Below, one piece after another: positions 27,503 to 36,960 of a stretch of 64,000 nt of DNA; positions within the stretch are counted from its first letter, which is position 1, and each line of letters opens with the position of its first letter. The position numbers and the translations under genes were made by a program. The notes under the pieces are model-generated. The model had not been told where the DNA came from and searched no databases. It was given only the letters and a program-made list of their open reading frames with translations. The stretch is from a virus: positions 5,121 through 69,120 of IMG/VR virus record IMGVR_UViG_2866807700_000004. One strand, given 5' to 3'.

Positions 27503-27651
27503 CGGTCCAGGTTGGCGTGAGCCGTACCGCGCTCAGGTTCCGTGACGGACGTGGCCCGAAGCTGAGCGGCAACGGCGTGGTCGAGGGACCGGTCTCCGAC
27601 GCGGCCGTCACGGCCAAGGGGACCGGGACTCTCGGGCAGTTGGCAGGGCGA

Positions 27652-28683
27652 CTAGGACCCCCGGCGCTTCAACTCGTCATCGAAAAACTTGATCACCGAC
27701 GTCACAAGCATCAGGGCGATCACTGCGTTGACTCGCTTGTACTGCTTCCGTGAAACAGCATGGGCGCTCGGGTGGCGGCCGTAGTCCGCTGGTATCGGGT
27801 CGCCCTTGTCCGGCCAGTACTCGGCGTGCGCGCACCAGACCGGCGCGAACGTGAGCGCCGCACGGAAGTGGAAGTCGTCGAAGTCGAAGGTGACTCCGCT
27901 GTCCTTGAACTTGTTCTTTGTGAGTTTCACGCGCACCTCCTTGCTGAAGAACTTCCGCATCACGCTGTCGAGGAGGTTTGCTGCCAGCGCCTGAGCAGCG
28001 TTGGTGTGGCCGCTGCGCAAAGCCTTGACGCAGTCCAGGGCGAACTCACGCTCGTCGGCGAGGCGCTGGTGCGTGACCCCATTGAGGACCGTCTCACAGT
28101 CGGTGACGATGCCCTTCCAACGACTGCTGAGCACCCGGCGTCGATCAGAAGGCGTCTTGGCCGCGAAGATCGCTGCGATGATCTCGGGGCCGGGAACCCG
28201 AAGGACGGGGATGCCCTCGTGCGCGAGCATGTGCTCGAACTCGTCCCAGTCACGGGGCCGCGCCTCACCCCAGTTGGGCGGGAAGAGATTCTGAATGGTC
28301 ACGCTGAGCCGCGACAGGGCGGGCACCAACTGGGACCGCATCACCCTGTCTATGCCCTCGGCGATTTCCCGAAAGGCGGGACTGGGAGTGTTGAACATGC
28401 TTCGAGGGATGGGCACCTTAAAAATCGAATTCAAGCGCTCGGCCGTGGCGCGGAGGCGGAGGATCTCCGGCGACACCTGCGTTTTGAAGTGCGGGACCTT
28501 GATGAGGTTCAGATTTCGCTGCCACAAAGGGCTCAAGAACTGGTTCAGAGGCTGCGCGCGTCGCCGCTGCATCCCCGTGAACGCTTCGCTCAGCGGACGT
28601 CCCCGCCGGGCCGACCCGGCAGCAGACTCCTCGTCGGCGCCTGACTCGTTCTCGGGGGTGTCGGTGTCCTCGGGGGTGCTCAC
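27652..28683 (-). CDS. antisense moron with C-terminal HEPN-like RxxxxH motif
   Basis: Lower-GC ORF; 'GRHPSAHAV' near the C-terminus followed by a helical tail. Confidence 0.65.
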   Translation of the reverse strand: MSTPEDTDTPENESGADEESAAGSARRGRPLSEAFTGMQRRRAQPLNQFLSPLWQRNLNLIKVPHFKTQVSPEILRLRATAERLNSIFKVPIPRSMFNTPSPAFREIAEGIDRVMRSQLVPALSRLSVTIQNLFPPNWGEARPRDWDEFEHMLAHEGIPVLRVPGPEIIAAIFAAKTPSDRRRVLSSRWKGIVTDCETVLNGVTHQRLADEREFALDCVKALRSGHTNAAQALAANLLDSVMRKFFSKEVRVKLTKNKFKDSGVTFDFDDFHFRAALTFAPVWCAHAEYWPDKGDPIPADYGRHPSAHAVSRKQYKRVNAVIALMLVTSVIKFFDDELKRRGS

Positions 28684-28780
28684 GTCGTCATTGTGAGCCT
28701 TGCTCCGTCTGCTGGCGACTCGATTGTTTGCTTTCGCGTGACCGAACGTGGCGGGCGTGGCCAGGTGGCACCAGTAGGCC

Positions 28781-29707
28781 ATGAGCCGCGTCTACTTCCA
28801 CTCACCGTCCGGCACCGCCGAACTGGCGCCGAACACGCCCACGCTAGCGTGATCGTCCGGCGCATCGCCGCCGGGGCCGTGGACGCGTTCCACCACCATG
28901 AGCGGCTCCGCGAGCTGCTGAATCCCGCGCATGACATGGCTCGTGCGGACACCTCCGGCGAGATGATCCGGTGGGCGTTCTGGTTCGACAGGTCTCTCAC
29001 TGTCAGCGATGGGTCCTTGCCCCTGCTCGCCTACCAGGGGCACCCGATCGACGCGTTCTCCCTCGTTCTCAACACGGCGATCGCCGTCGGCGGTGACGCG
29101 GTGAAGCTCCTGGCCCGGCTCCATGGCCAGTGCGAGCTTCACGGCTACGTGGAGGGCCCGAACCGCGCCCTGGCTCGCCGACATCATCGACCAGGGACTG
29201 GACGACGGCGTCATGCGCCGCTCCCTGCGGTACCAGCCGCACCCCGACATCCCGCAGGAGGAGTGGCCGACCCGGGACCTTGGCTGGGACGACGTCACTG
29301 CGTTCCTCCGCGCCCGCGACGACGAACCCGTCGTCATGTCCGACAGCACCATGGACGGGTTCCCCAACGAGTTCGTAGCCGAATGGCGGCCACCCGCCGG
29401 TACCGACCTGCGGCCTGACTGGGCGGCCGAGGCTCCAGAGGAGTGGACGGCTCTCGATGAGACCGAGCGCGCCGATTGGAAACAGACGCGTGTTGGTGAT
29501 CTCTGGGCTGAGCTACCCGAGTCCGAACGGTGGACTCTCGCCATGGCCGGGCTCCGGCTCCGAAGCGAGCGCGGAGCGCTGCTTGAGCTGACCCCGGACG
29601 GCTGGGCCGACTACAGGTTCGGGCACAGCCTGACCGCGTTCGACCTGTACGCCGACGACTACCGAGCCAAGATCGAGGAAGCCCTTGGTGTCGCCTCTGC
29701 TCCCTGA
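28781..29707 (+). CDS. hypothetical protein, frameshifted at 29168-29170
   Basis: 'LHGYVEGPNRA|WLADII' becomes continuous when one C is removed. Confidence 0.6.
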
Positions 29708-29746
29708 CCGGGCTTCCTCGGCGTCAACTCTCAGGCGTCAGCCCTA

Positions 29747-30103
29747 TTAACCGGGCTCAGGCTTGTACTTGGACCTACGCTCGGGTGACCTCTCGCGCTG
29801 CGTGTTCGGATCCGCGTCCTGGCCGCAGGCCCGGAGAATCAGCGTGACGAGCTGTGGGTCATATACCGGCTGGATGAGCCGGGCGCCCTTGGTGTAGGTG
29901 TTCGGGGGCCTGAAGCCCGCCCGTGCGATCAGCGCCCGGACCATGTCCACGTCGGAGGGCCGCAGCCGAAACCGTAGCTCGAACCCCTTCTTGTACGTCT
30001 CCCAGCCTTCGTCACGCTGCCGCTCCACGACCGGGCGCCGGACATGCCCAAACATCGAGAAATACAAGCCGAGGGTCACAACAGCGGACTCATGCGCCTC
30101 CAC
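29747..30103 (-). CDS. hypothetical protein
   Basis: Globular-looking ORF downstream of the ClpX zinc-finger gene on the same strand. Confidence 0.55.
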   Translation of the reverse strand: MEAHESAVVTLGLYFSMFGHVRRPVVERQRDEGWETYKKGFELRFRLRPSDVDMVRALIARAGFRPPNTYTKGARLIQPVYDPQLVTLILRACGQDADPNTQRERSPERRSKYKPEPG

Positions 30104-30163
30104 GAGACGAACGCTACGTCGCGCGCGTTGAGTTCGACCAGTTCAGCCAGCAGGAGACCCGCG

Positions 30164-30634
30164 TCATCCCCCGCCTGAAGGGCCGGGGACCCCTCCTATC
30201 ACGTTCTCCTCGTAGAGGATCTCCAGGCAGAGATCGATGCACTCGAGGCAGATCGTGACGTCGGGAGCGGCGGCAGGGCGCAACAACATGCGGAACTTCT
30301 TGCTGCAGAAGCTGCACCTCTCGGCGTCCTCCTCTGCCTTTGCTAGCAACTCGCCGAGCTGTTCTGCGAGACGCTTTAGTTGCCCGTACTCCTCGGTGGT
30401 CGAGTCCCGCAACAGCGTCGTGCGGCTGTTGGAAGCTTGCCCTTCGCCTGCTGCCGAGGTGCCGAGCACGACGCATTCGTTGCAGACGTGGAGGCCCCGC
30501 GGCCCCGCAATCATCTTCTTGACGTCGCCGGCGTCGGCGCCGCAGAACGAGCATCGGACCTCGTGCAAGTCGGCAGATGACCGCTCGGTTTGTTGCGTGC
30601 CGGAATCGTTGTGTGCCTCTTTGTCACGTGCCAT
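30164..30634 (-). CDS. protein with two ClpX C4-type zinc-binding domains and no ATPase
   Basis: 'RCSFCGADAGDVKKMIAGPRGLHVCNECV' and 'RCSFCSK...VTICLECIDLCLEIL' both match the ClpX N-domain. Confidence 0.8.
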   Translation of the reverse strand: MARDKEAHNDSGTQQTERSSADLHEVRCSFCGADAGDVKKMIAGPRGLHVCNECVVLGTSAAGEGQASNSRTTLLRDSTTEEYGQLKRLAEQLGELLAKAEEDAERCSFCSKKFRMLLRPAAAPDVTICLECIDLCLEILYEENVIGGVPGPSGGG

Positions 30635-30794
30635 CCCGTCAGGTTCGTCCCGTACGGGGCGCGAATCCACTGCGGGGCCGGATCCGGCCGCGCGCAATGG
30701 CCTGACCAAGAGAGGCTCAAACCTCCTGGTGAGGCGCTCTCGGCTGGGCTTGTCCGGGTAGCGCGCGTAGCAACCGGAGTCAGGGGGCGGGGCT

Positions 30795-31802
30795 GTGCAC
30801 ATCCGAAGACCAGTCCCGCCCATGGCCGCGACCAGCATCGAGCACATCCCCGAGGAGTGGGCCTGCTCGGGCGGGTGCCGGTACGAGCCCAAGTTCGACG
30901 GGTTCCGCTGCATCGCCAACGTGAACGATGACGGCGGCGTGCAACTGTGGTCCCGCAACCTCAAGCGCCTCAACGACGCGTTCCCGGAGATCGTGTCCGC
31001 CGTTCACGACACGCTCCCGCCGGCCACCGTGGTGGATGGCGAGATCGTCCGCTGGTCCGCCGACGGCCGCCTCGACTTCTCCGCCCTCCAACGCCGCCAC
31101 GTCGCCGGCCGCCGACGCGCCGACCTCGCGATCACCGAGCCCTGCCACTACGTCGTGTTCGACCTCCTCGAAGCGGCGGGGGAGGACCTGCGGCCTGCGC
31201 CGCTGTCCGAGCGCCGCGCCGAGCTCGAGCAGCTCCTGGGCGACCTTCCCGGCACGTCCCGCGTCGTGCTGTGCCCGCAGCTCCGCGACATCGGCGAGGC
31301 GCGGCTGTGGTTCGAGCTGCTCGTCGCACAGGGCGTGGAGGGCCTGGTGGTGAAGGCCGCGGACGACCCGTACCGGGAGGGACGGCGCGGCTGGTGGAAG
31401 GTCCGGCACCGGGTCACGACCGAAGCGATCGTTGGTGGGGTCACGGGGCCGGTAGATGCGCCATGTACGCTGCTCCTCGGCCGCTACGGGAGCGAAGGCC
31501 GGCTGCGTGTAGTGGCGCGATCGACGCCGCTGGAGGCCCGCGACCGGCTGAGGCTGGGTGCCGTGCTCGTCCCGGCGGGCGATGAGCATCCGTGGCCGGT
31601 GGAGCTACCAGCCGGCTGGGCGGGCGGCCTGCCCGGCGCAGGGGAGCCGATCCAGTACACGAGGGTCGTGCCCGAGATGGTTGTGGAGATCAGCGCCGAC
31701 GCCGCAGTGGAGCGCGGCCGGTGGAGGCATGCGGTGCGGTTCGTGCGGCTACGCGCGGAGTTGGATCCGATGCTTGTTCCCAGAGACCTGGGCCTAGAGT
31801 GA
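30795..31802 (+). CDS. ATP-dependent DNA ligase (compact LigC/LigD-ligase type)
   Basis: PM.A start, motif I EPKFDGFR, III DGEIV, IIIa VVFDLL, IV EGLVVK, V WWKVR; OB-fold tail ending 'RH.VRFVRLR'. Confidence 0.9.
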   Translation: MHIRRPVPPMAATSIEHIPEEWACSGGCRYEPKFDGFRCIANVNDDGGVQLWSRNLKRLNDAFPEIVSAVHDTLPPATVVDGEIVRWSADGRLDFSALQRRHVAGRRRADLAITEPCHYVVFDLLEAAGEDLRPAPLSERRAELEQLLGDLPGTSRVVLCPQLRDIGEARLWFELLVAQGVEGLVVKAADDPYREGRRGWWKVRHRVTTEAIVGGVTGPVDAPCTLLLGRYGSEGRLRVVARSTPLEARDRLRLGAVLVPAGDEHPWPVELPAGWAGGLPGAGEPIQYTRVVPEMVVEISADAAVERGRWRHAVRFVRLRAELDPMLVPRDLGLE

Positions 31803-32133
31803 GGCCCCTCTCCGCTGCTCCTTCCAGTCGAGAATCGTCCCTTCAACTGAGATTCTCACTGATAGGTGCACAGTAGCCCTCTATGGGCTGTTGAGCCTGG
31901 TTGGCCTGCGGGGGAGCGAATACGGCGTCAGGCGTAAGTGGAGCTTACTCTAACCCCTTGAAAATCCGATGCTCAACAGACGGTGGCCGCCGCCAGTTGG
32001 CGTTCGACTCTTGGAAGGCTCCCACCCAAGCGGCGGCTCGCTGGTTCCGTCGGAGAAGCAGCGACGGCCCCCGGTGGTGGTGCACCGAGAGCCGCCGAGA
32101 ACCCGAATCCGCTATCTGGAGGTCGAGCTCTCG

Positions 32134-32319
32134 ATGAGCGTACGTCCACTGCTAGGTGAAGCGCAGCCACCGGACCAGGTGTCCATCAGTGTCGGTGCAC
32201 TGCTGATCGTGTTCATGCTCGTTCTAATCGCCCTTGCGGCCTACCGCGACCCGAAGCTAGCGGCCACGTTTGGCGCAGTGGGTGCGATGGGAGCGCTGTT
32301 GGTCGCTCTGGTCCGTTAA
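32134..32319 (+). CDS. small two-helix membrane protein
   Basis: GGAGG upstream; two hydrophobic segments; lower GC. Confidence 0.55.
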   Translation: MSVRPLLGEAQPPDQVSISVGALLIVFMLVLIALAAYRDPKLAATFGAVGAMGALLVALVR

Positions 32320-32384
32320 CCGTCCTCGCACGCGAAGGGCCCGCCGCGCAAGGAGGCGTCGGCGGGCCCGTGCTGTCCCGATAC

Positions 32385-32536
32385 GTGAGACCCGGTCCAG
32401 TGCACGCGGGTGGCGCCGGAGGCGGTGGTGGAGATCAGCGGCGATGCCGCGGTGGGGCGGGGGACAGTCGCGGCGCGCGGTCAGGTTCGTGCGGCTGCGG
32501 CCTGGTGATGTGCCGATGGGCTTCGGTCTCGGATGA
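32385..32536 (+). pseudogene. degenerate second copy of the DNA ligase C-terminus
   Basis: Across a frameshift reads PVQCTRVAPEAVVEISGDAAV..SRRAVRFVRLR, versus PIQYTRVVPEMVVEISADAAV..WRHAVRFVRLR in 30795-31802. Confidence 0.7.
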
Positions 32537-32540
32537 CCAG

Positions 32541-32783
32541 CTACCCGGCGTCTTGTGAGGCGTCGCCCGGGCCTTGCAGGGCGGCGAGGTCCACGTGTTC
32601 GGCGACTTCTTCGATATCGCGGCAGTAGGCGACGAGGCGGCCGTATCTGGTGATGAGGAACCAGGATTGGCCGGCGCGGGCGTCGCTGTGGCGGGCCTGG
32701 GCGTAGATGAGGTCTGCGTCGTCGAGGGTGACGGCTTCGACGCGCAGGCCGTCCGGGCCGGTCAGGAACCTTGGCTCGGACAT
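32541..32783 (-). CDS. small hypothetical protein
   Basis: MSEPRFLTGPDGLRVEAV...; plausible globular ORF. Confidence 0.5.
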   Translation of the reverse strand: MSEPRFLTGPDGLRVEAVTLDDADLIYAQARHSDARAGQSWFLITRYGRLVAYCRDIEEVAEHVDLAALQGPGDASQDAG

Positions 32784-33012
32784 GGGGGCAGTCTGCGCGT
32801 TCCGATCTCGTCGTTGTAGGCCCAATCGCTGGGCGTGATCGTGCGTGGTCCGGTCGGGGTTGCAGAGGTTGCCGCGCCGGCCCGGTTGACGTAGCTCTCT
32901 GTGACCGGCTGGGGAGGCTGGTTTAGGTGGCCGAAGGCTCGCCCTGCCTGCCTGGCTTGCGCTGGTCTGCTGTTAAGCGGTGAAGACGACTCTCGACCTC
33001 GCTAATACGGTG

Positions 33013-33041
33013 TTGACAAGGTTGATACGTAGAGCTACATT
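33013..33041 (+). promoter_or_regulatory. sigma-70/HrdB-type promoter
   Basis: TTGACA (33013-33018), 17 bp, TACATT (33036-33041) in an AT-rich patch; flanked by a GCTAATAC direct repeat at 33001 and 33042. Confidence 0.75.
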
Positions 33042-33087
33042 GCTAATACCGGAACAACAAGGTTCCGAGGGATCGGGAGGAACCCTG

Positions 33088-34350
33088 ATGACCGTCGACG
33101 TGAACGCGGCGTTCTCCGCCGAGAAGACCGGCCAACTCGACGCACAGCGCGCGGCCCGCGAGCAGCAGGTCCAGGCGAACGCTGACCGGGTCGCGTGGCT
33201 GGACAACGAGGTCGAGCAGGGCCGCATGGTCCTGGACGGCCCCAACACCTACCGCGTCACGCAGGGCTGGGACGCGGGCGAGGTCTTCACCGTCAACCGG
33301 AACCTGGCGGGGCAGATCACCGAGGTCATCGCCGACCACGGCCTCGACACCACCGCCGACGGTGACGCCGCTCTCTACTCCGCCGTCCCCGCCTGGCACG
33401 GCCTCGGCAACGTCATCCCCGGCGGCATCAGCGACATCGCCGAGGTCCTGCGCCTCGGCGGGATCGAGTTCGGCGTGGAGAAGGTCGCCGACCAGTACAC
33501 CTGGAACGGGGAGCTGCGCACCAAGCCGGACTCCTTCATCACGGTCCGCGACGACACCGGCGACGCGCTCGGGAACGTCGGCCGCAAGTACGAGGTCTTC
33601 CAGAACCGGCGGCTGTTCACCTTCCTGGAAGACCTGGTCGCCCGCCACGGCGTGATCTGGCAGTCCGCCGGGCCGCTGCGCGGCGGCCGGAAGGTGTTCG
33701 TGTCCATGCGCGTCCCCAACGACGTGATCGTCGACCCGGGTGGCCTGGACGACACCGTCCAGCTGTTCATCGTCGCGATCAACTCCCACGACGGGCAGTC
33801 CCCGGCTCAGGCCGTCGTCACCCCGTGGCGGCCGGTGTGCGGCAACACCGAGCGGTTCGCCGTCCGCGACGCCGTGTCCCGGTGGAAGATCCGCCACACC
33901 TCCGGCGCGCTCGACCGCCTCCACGAGGCCCGCCGCACCCTCGGCCTGACCGTCGCCTACGCCGAGACGTTCGCGGCCGAAGAGACCGCGCTGGCCCGCA
34001 CGGACCTCGCGATCGCCGAGTTCCACAAGGTGATCTCCGACCTGTGGGACCCGGCCACCGAGGACGACTCCACCCGCACCCGCAACTACGACGAGCGCCG
34101 CCGCGAGTGCCTCGACGCCATGTTCCGCGCCGAGGCCGAGCGCGCCGGACGCACGGCCTACGCGGCGGAGAAGGCGGTCACCGACTACCTCGACCACGTC
34201 GCGCCCAAGCGCCCCGGCCGGACCCTCACCGAGGAACTCGGCCGCGACCGCGCCCTGGACGTCGTCCGCGCCACCGCCCTGGTGGAGGGCACCGACGACG
34301 ACCTGAAGACCACCGCGCACCGGCGGCTGCTGACCCTGACCCGCCGCTGA
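33088..34350 (+). CDS. DUF932 (phage/plasmid TIGR03299-like) protein
   Basis: 'PAWHGLG', 'LGNVGRKYEVFQN', 'SAGPLRGGRKVF', 'NSHDG', 'RPVCGNT', 'IRHT'; GGGAGG RBS. Confidence 0.85.
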   Translation: MTVDVNAAFSAEKTGQLDAQRAAREQQVQANADRVAWLDNEVEQGRMVLDGPNTYRVTQGWDAGEVFTVNRNLAGQITEVIADHGLDTTADGDAALYSAVPAWHGLGNVIPGGISDIAEVLRLGGIEFGVEKVADQYTWNGELRTKPDSFITVRDDTGDALGNVGRKYEVFQNRRLFTFLEDLVARHGVIWQSAGPLRGGRKVFVSMRVPNDVIVDPGGLDDTVQLFIVAINSHDGQSPAQAVVTPWRPVCGNTERFAVRDAVSRWKIRHTSGALDRLHEARRTLGLTVAYAETFAAEETALARTDLAIAEFHKVISDLWDPATEDDSTRTRNYDERRRECLDAMFRAEAERAGRTAYAAEKAVTDYLDHVAPKRPGRTLTEELGRDRALDVVRATALVEGTDDDLKTTAHRRLLTLTRR

Positions 34351-34357
34351 CCGGCCG

Positions 34358-34393
34358 CCCCCCGGGGCCAGGGTGCGGCCTGGCCCCGGGGGG
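34358..34393. terminator. perfect 15-bp GC hairpin after the DUF932 gene
   Basis: CCCCCCGGGGCCAGG-gtgcgg-CCTGGCCCCGGGGGG. Confidence 0.6.
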
Positions 34394-34432
34394 ACGGCCC
34401 CCACCCCAACACAGGAAAGGGTCTGACCTGCC

Positions 34433-34804
34433 ATGACGACGATGACCGTCACCCCGACCGCGTTCTCCGTCAGCTCCGAGAACACCCCCGGCACCGACTA
34501 CCACGTAACCGTCGCGCCGTGCGGATGCTGCTACTCCTGCACCTGCCCCGACTACATCCACCGCCACCGCCGCAAGCCCGGCTACGCCTGCAAGCACATC
34601 GACACCGCCCGGGACTGGATGGCCAACGGCCCCGACCGTGCCCTCATGCTGGCGAACGCGCTGGTCAGCCTCCTCGCCCAGACCGCCGACCCCTGCGCCG
34701 TACCCCGGGCGGCCCGCCCGCCCGCGCCATGCGCGTGCGCCTGCAACTCCGGCGACGGCTGGTGCGGCGGCTGCGGCCACGCCGGATGCGGGCGACGCCG
34801 GTGA
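34433..34804 (+). CDS. SWIM zinc-finger protein
   Basis: 'YSCTCPDYIHR...ACKHI'. Confidence 0.75.
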   Translation: MTTMTVTPTAFSVSSENTPGTDYHVTVAPCGCCYSCTCPDYIHRHRRKPGYACKHIDTARDWMANGPDRALMLANALVSLLAQTADPCAVPRAARPPAPCACACNSGDGWCGGCGHAGCGRRR

Positions 34805-35055
34805 CCGCGCACACCCCCGGGCGGGCGATCCCCGCCCGAGACGAGTTCCGCCGCGACGAACACCTCGTCGAGATCCTCGACGACCGTCCCGACTCCGAGA
34901 ACCGCATCACCTTCTACGCCTACTGGCACGACGACAAGACGCCCGCCGAGGGCGGCCCGCCCGCCGGTGTACGCGGCCAGATCTACGTCGCCGACCTCGA
35001 CAAGTTCACCGCCCACGCCGCCAAACGCGGCATCAACGTCAGGAGATGGCCGTGA
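34801..35055 (+). CDS. hypothetical protein
   Basis: GTGA overlaps. Confidence 0.55.
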   Translation: MTAHTPGRAIPARDEFRRDEHLVEILDDRPDSENRITFYAYWHDDKTPAEGGPPAGVRGQIYVADLDKFTAHAAKRGINVRRWP

Positions 35056-35417
35056 CCATGTGGCACCGCATCCCCGAGCCCCTCATCAACCTCCTGCGCC
35101 GCATCAAGCGCATCGAGCACCCCGACGGGTCGTGGCCCGGCGCGGACGTCGTCGACACCGTCACCACCTGGCTGACCGAGCATGGCCTCGACCCCGCCGC
35201 CCCGGCCGAGGAGATTCCGCCCGGCGAACCCCGCCGCATCTACCGCCGCACCGTCACGGTGGAGTGCTCCACCCACGTCCCGCTCGACGAGGCCGACCTC
35301 GACCACGCCATCACCGGCGCAGTCACCGGCACCGCCGTCCGGGTCGAGCACGCCGACCTCGCTGAGACGTTCTGGATCGAGCTCGACGCCACCGGCATCA
35401 CCGCCACGCCGCGCTGA
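35052..35417 (+). CDS. hypothetical protein
   Basis: 'HPDGSWPGADVVD.V..WL' phage-type motif. Confidence 0.6.
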   Translation: MTMWHRIPEPLINLLRRIKRIEHPDGSWPGADVVDTVTTWLTEHGLDPAAPAEEIPPGEPRRIYRRTVTVECSTHVPLDEADLDHAITGAVTGTAVRVEHADLAETFWIELDATGITATPR

Positions 35418-35513
35418 CGCACCCCACCGGCGCCCGGGGAGGCCAGCAGCCGCTGGCCTCCCCGAGTCCGGCCCGGCGCACGACCAGGCCCCAACCCTGA
35501 CAGGAGGACCCCC

Positions 35514-35741
35514 GTGGCCGTCACCACGAACACCGACGTCTACGCCATCAACAAGCTGACCGGATACCTCTTCCCGCAGCTACGCGGCGAGGGCCGCCCG
35601 CCCGTCACCTCCGACGACGCGGCCAAGGCCCTCGCGCACCTGTGCGAGGCGGCCTACCACAAGCACTCCGCCGGCGTCCGAGGCGAGGAGGTCCTCGCCG
35701 CGTGGGCCAAGACGCCGCCCGACCCGGACCGCACCCTCTGA
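35514..35741 (+). CDS. hypothetical protein
   Basis: AGGAGG RBS. Confidence 0.65.
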   Translation: MAVTTNTDVYAINKLTGYLFPQLRGEGRPPVTSDDAAKALAHLCEAAYHKHSAGVRGEEVLAAWAKTPPDPDRTL

Positions 35742-35932
35742 CACGCCCCGCAGGGGCTGATCGCCGGGCGCCGGCCTCGCCGGCGTCCGGCTCGAGCGCC
35801 GCCAACATCCTCTGGGGAGACGCTGTGCATCACATCGCGACACCCGCCCCGCCGGCCACCCCTCCGGCCGCGCGGCTTCGTCCCACCGCCCTAGACTTTG
35901 TCGATTCGCTGTTGGCAAGGAGAGGTGCGGTG

Positions 35933-36184
35933 ATGGGGGAGGAACGCCCGCTCGGCGACCCGGCCAAGGAATTCTGGACCGCGGCCGACATAGCCGCCTA
36001 CCTGGGCGTCACCGTCGAAACGGTCCGCGTCTACCGTAGCCGCGGCCGCGGGGAGCTGCCGGCCGAGGACGACCGCTTCGGCCAGTCCCCGGTCTGGCGG
36101 CCGGCGACGATCATCAACCACAAGCGTCCCGGCCAGGGCGCGCGCACCGACCTGCAAGACAACGACCGGAAGGCAGGCCCATGA
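35933..36184 (+). CDS. AlpA/excisionase-like HTH DNA-binding protein
   Basis: 'WTAADIAAYLGVTVETVRVYRSR...FGQSPVW..ATI...RPGQGARTDL'. Confidence 0.75.
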   Translation: MGEERPLGDPAKEFWTAADIAAYLGVTVETVRVYRSRGRGELPAEDDRFGQSPVWRPATIINHKRPGQGARTDLQDNDRKAGP

Positions 36185-36417
36185 CCATGCATCCCGACCC
36201 TGAACGCATCGTCGTGCAGGTACTCCTGACCGTCGGTGGCATCGCCGAGGTCGTCACCCCCGAACACGACTACCGGAACCCGCTGCGGGTGCCCGCGGCC
36301 GACATCGCGCGCGACGCGGGCCTGCCCGCAAACGAGCTGCCGGGCCGCAAGTTCTACGCCGCACGATCCGGTGACGGGCTGCGCGGCTTCCAGCTGATCG
36401 ACGATCCGCGGCGCTGA
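36181..36417 (+). CDS. hypothetical protein
   Basis: ATGA overlap; ends just before a hairpin. Confidence 0.6.
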   Translation: MTMHPDPERIVVQVLLTVGGIAEVVTPEHDYRNPLRVPAADIARDAGLPANELPGRKFYAARSGDGLRGFQLIDDPRR

Positions 36418-36431
36418 CGCTGCACAGCAGA

Positions 36432-36472
36432 GAAGGGGCCGGCATCCGGGGATTTCCGGTGCCGGCCCCTTC
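36432..36472. terminator. hairpin terminator between convergent genes
   Basis: GAAGGGGCCGGCA...TGCCGGCCCCTTC. Confidence 0.7.
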
Positions 36473-36557
36473 GTCTTCCCTGGCGCAGATTGATTGCTCT
36501 GGAAAGGGCTGTTCGTGCGTTGCCGCCCCGGGCTGGGTGCCCGGGGCGGGCTCGGCC

Positions 36558-36941
36558 TCACTCCAGATCGGGGCCCGAGGTGAGGTGGTCGATCACGACC
36601 TCCGCGTGAGCCTGCAGGCGGAGGATGGCGTAGTCCGCGCATTCCAGCCGCCACACGGCGGGGTGGGATTGGTCCAGGGTTCCGAACGTCAGGGCGGTGA
36701 GCCAGTCCAGGATCATCCAGACGAGCAGGACCTTGGTCTCCTCCGCGAGGGGGAGGTCCAGGATCATGTCGTGGGACCGGACGATCGCTGCGGCGGCGTC
36801 CGCCCCCGTCCACTCCTCATCGATCTTCGCGGGAAGCGAGATCGGGATGGGAAGCATTCCCAGGACCTTGACCATCGCCAGGTAGCCGAGGATGACTTTC
36901 TCCCCGATTTCCCGCTGGCGGTCTTCGTGGTCGTCCACCAC
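36558..36941 (-). CDS. helical hypothetical protein, paralog of 38655-39020
   Basis: Shares 'K.L.MLPIPI..PA..D..WT', 'DL..DLP' and 'I.DW..A' with 38655-39020. Confidence 0.75.
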   Translation of the reverse strand: MVDDHEDRQREIGEKVILGYLAMVKVLGMLPIPISLPAKIDEEWTGADAAAAIVRSHDMILDLPLAEETKVLLVWMILDWLTALTFGTLDQSHPAVWRLECADYAILRLQAHAEVVIDHLTSGPDLE

Positions 36942-36960
36942 GAACTCCTCTCTTGAGTTA

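Noticed and set aside
30164-30973. Calling this clpX, or using the 269-aa ORF start
   Set aside because: No AAA+ domain; the upstream extension overlaps the ligase gene on the other strand.
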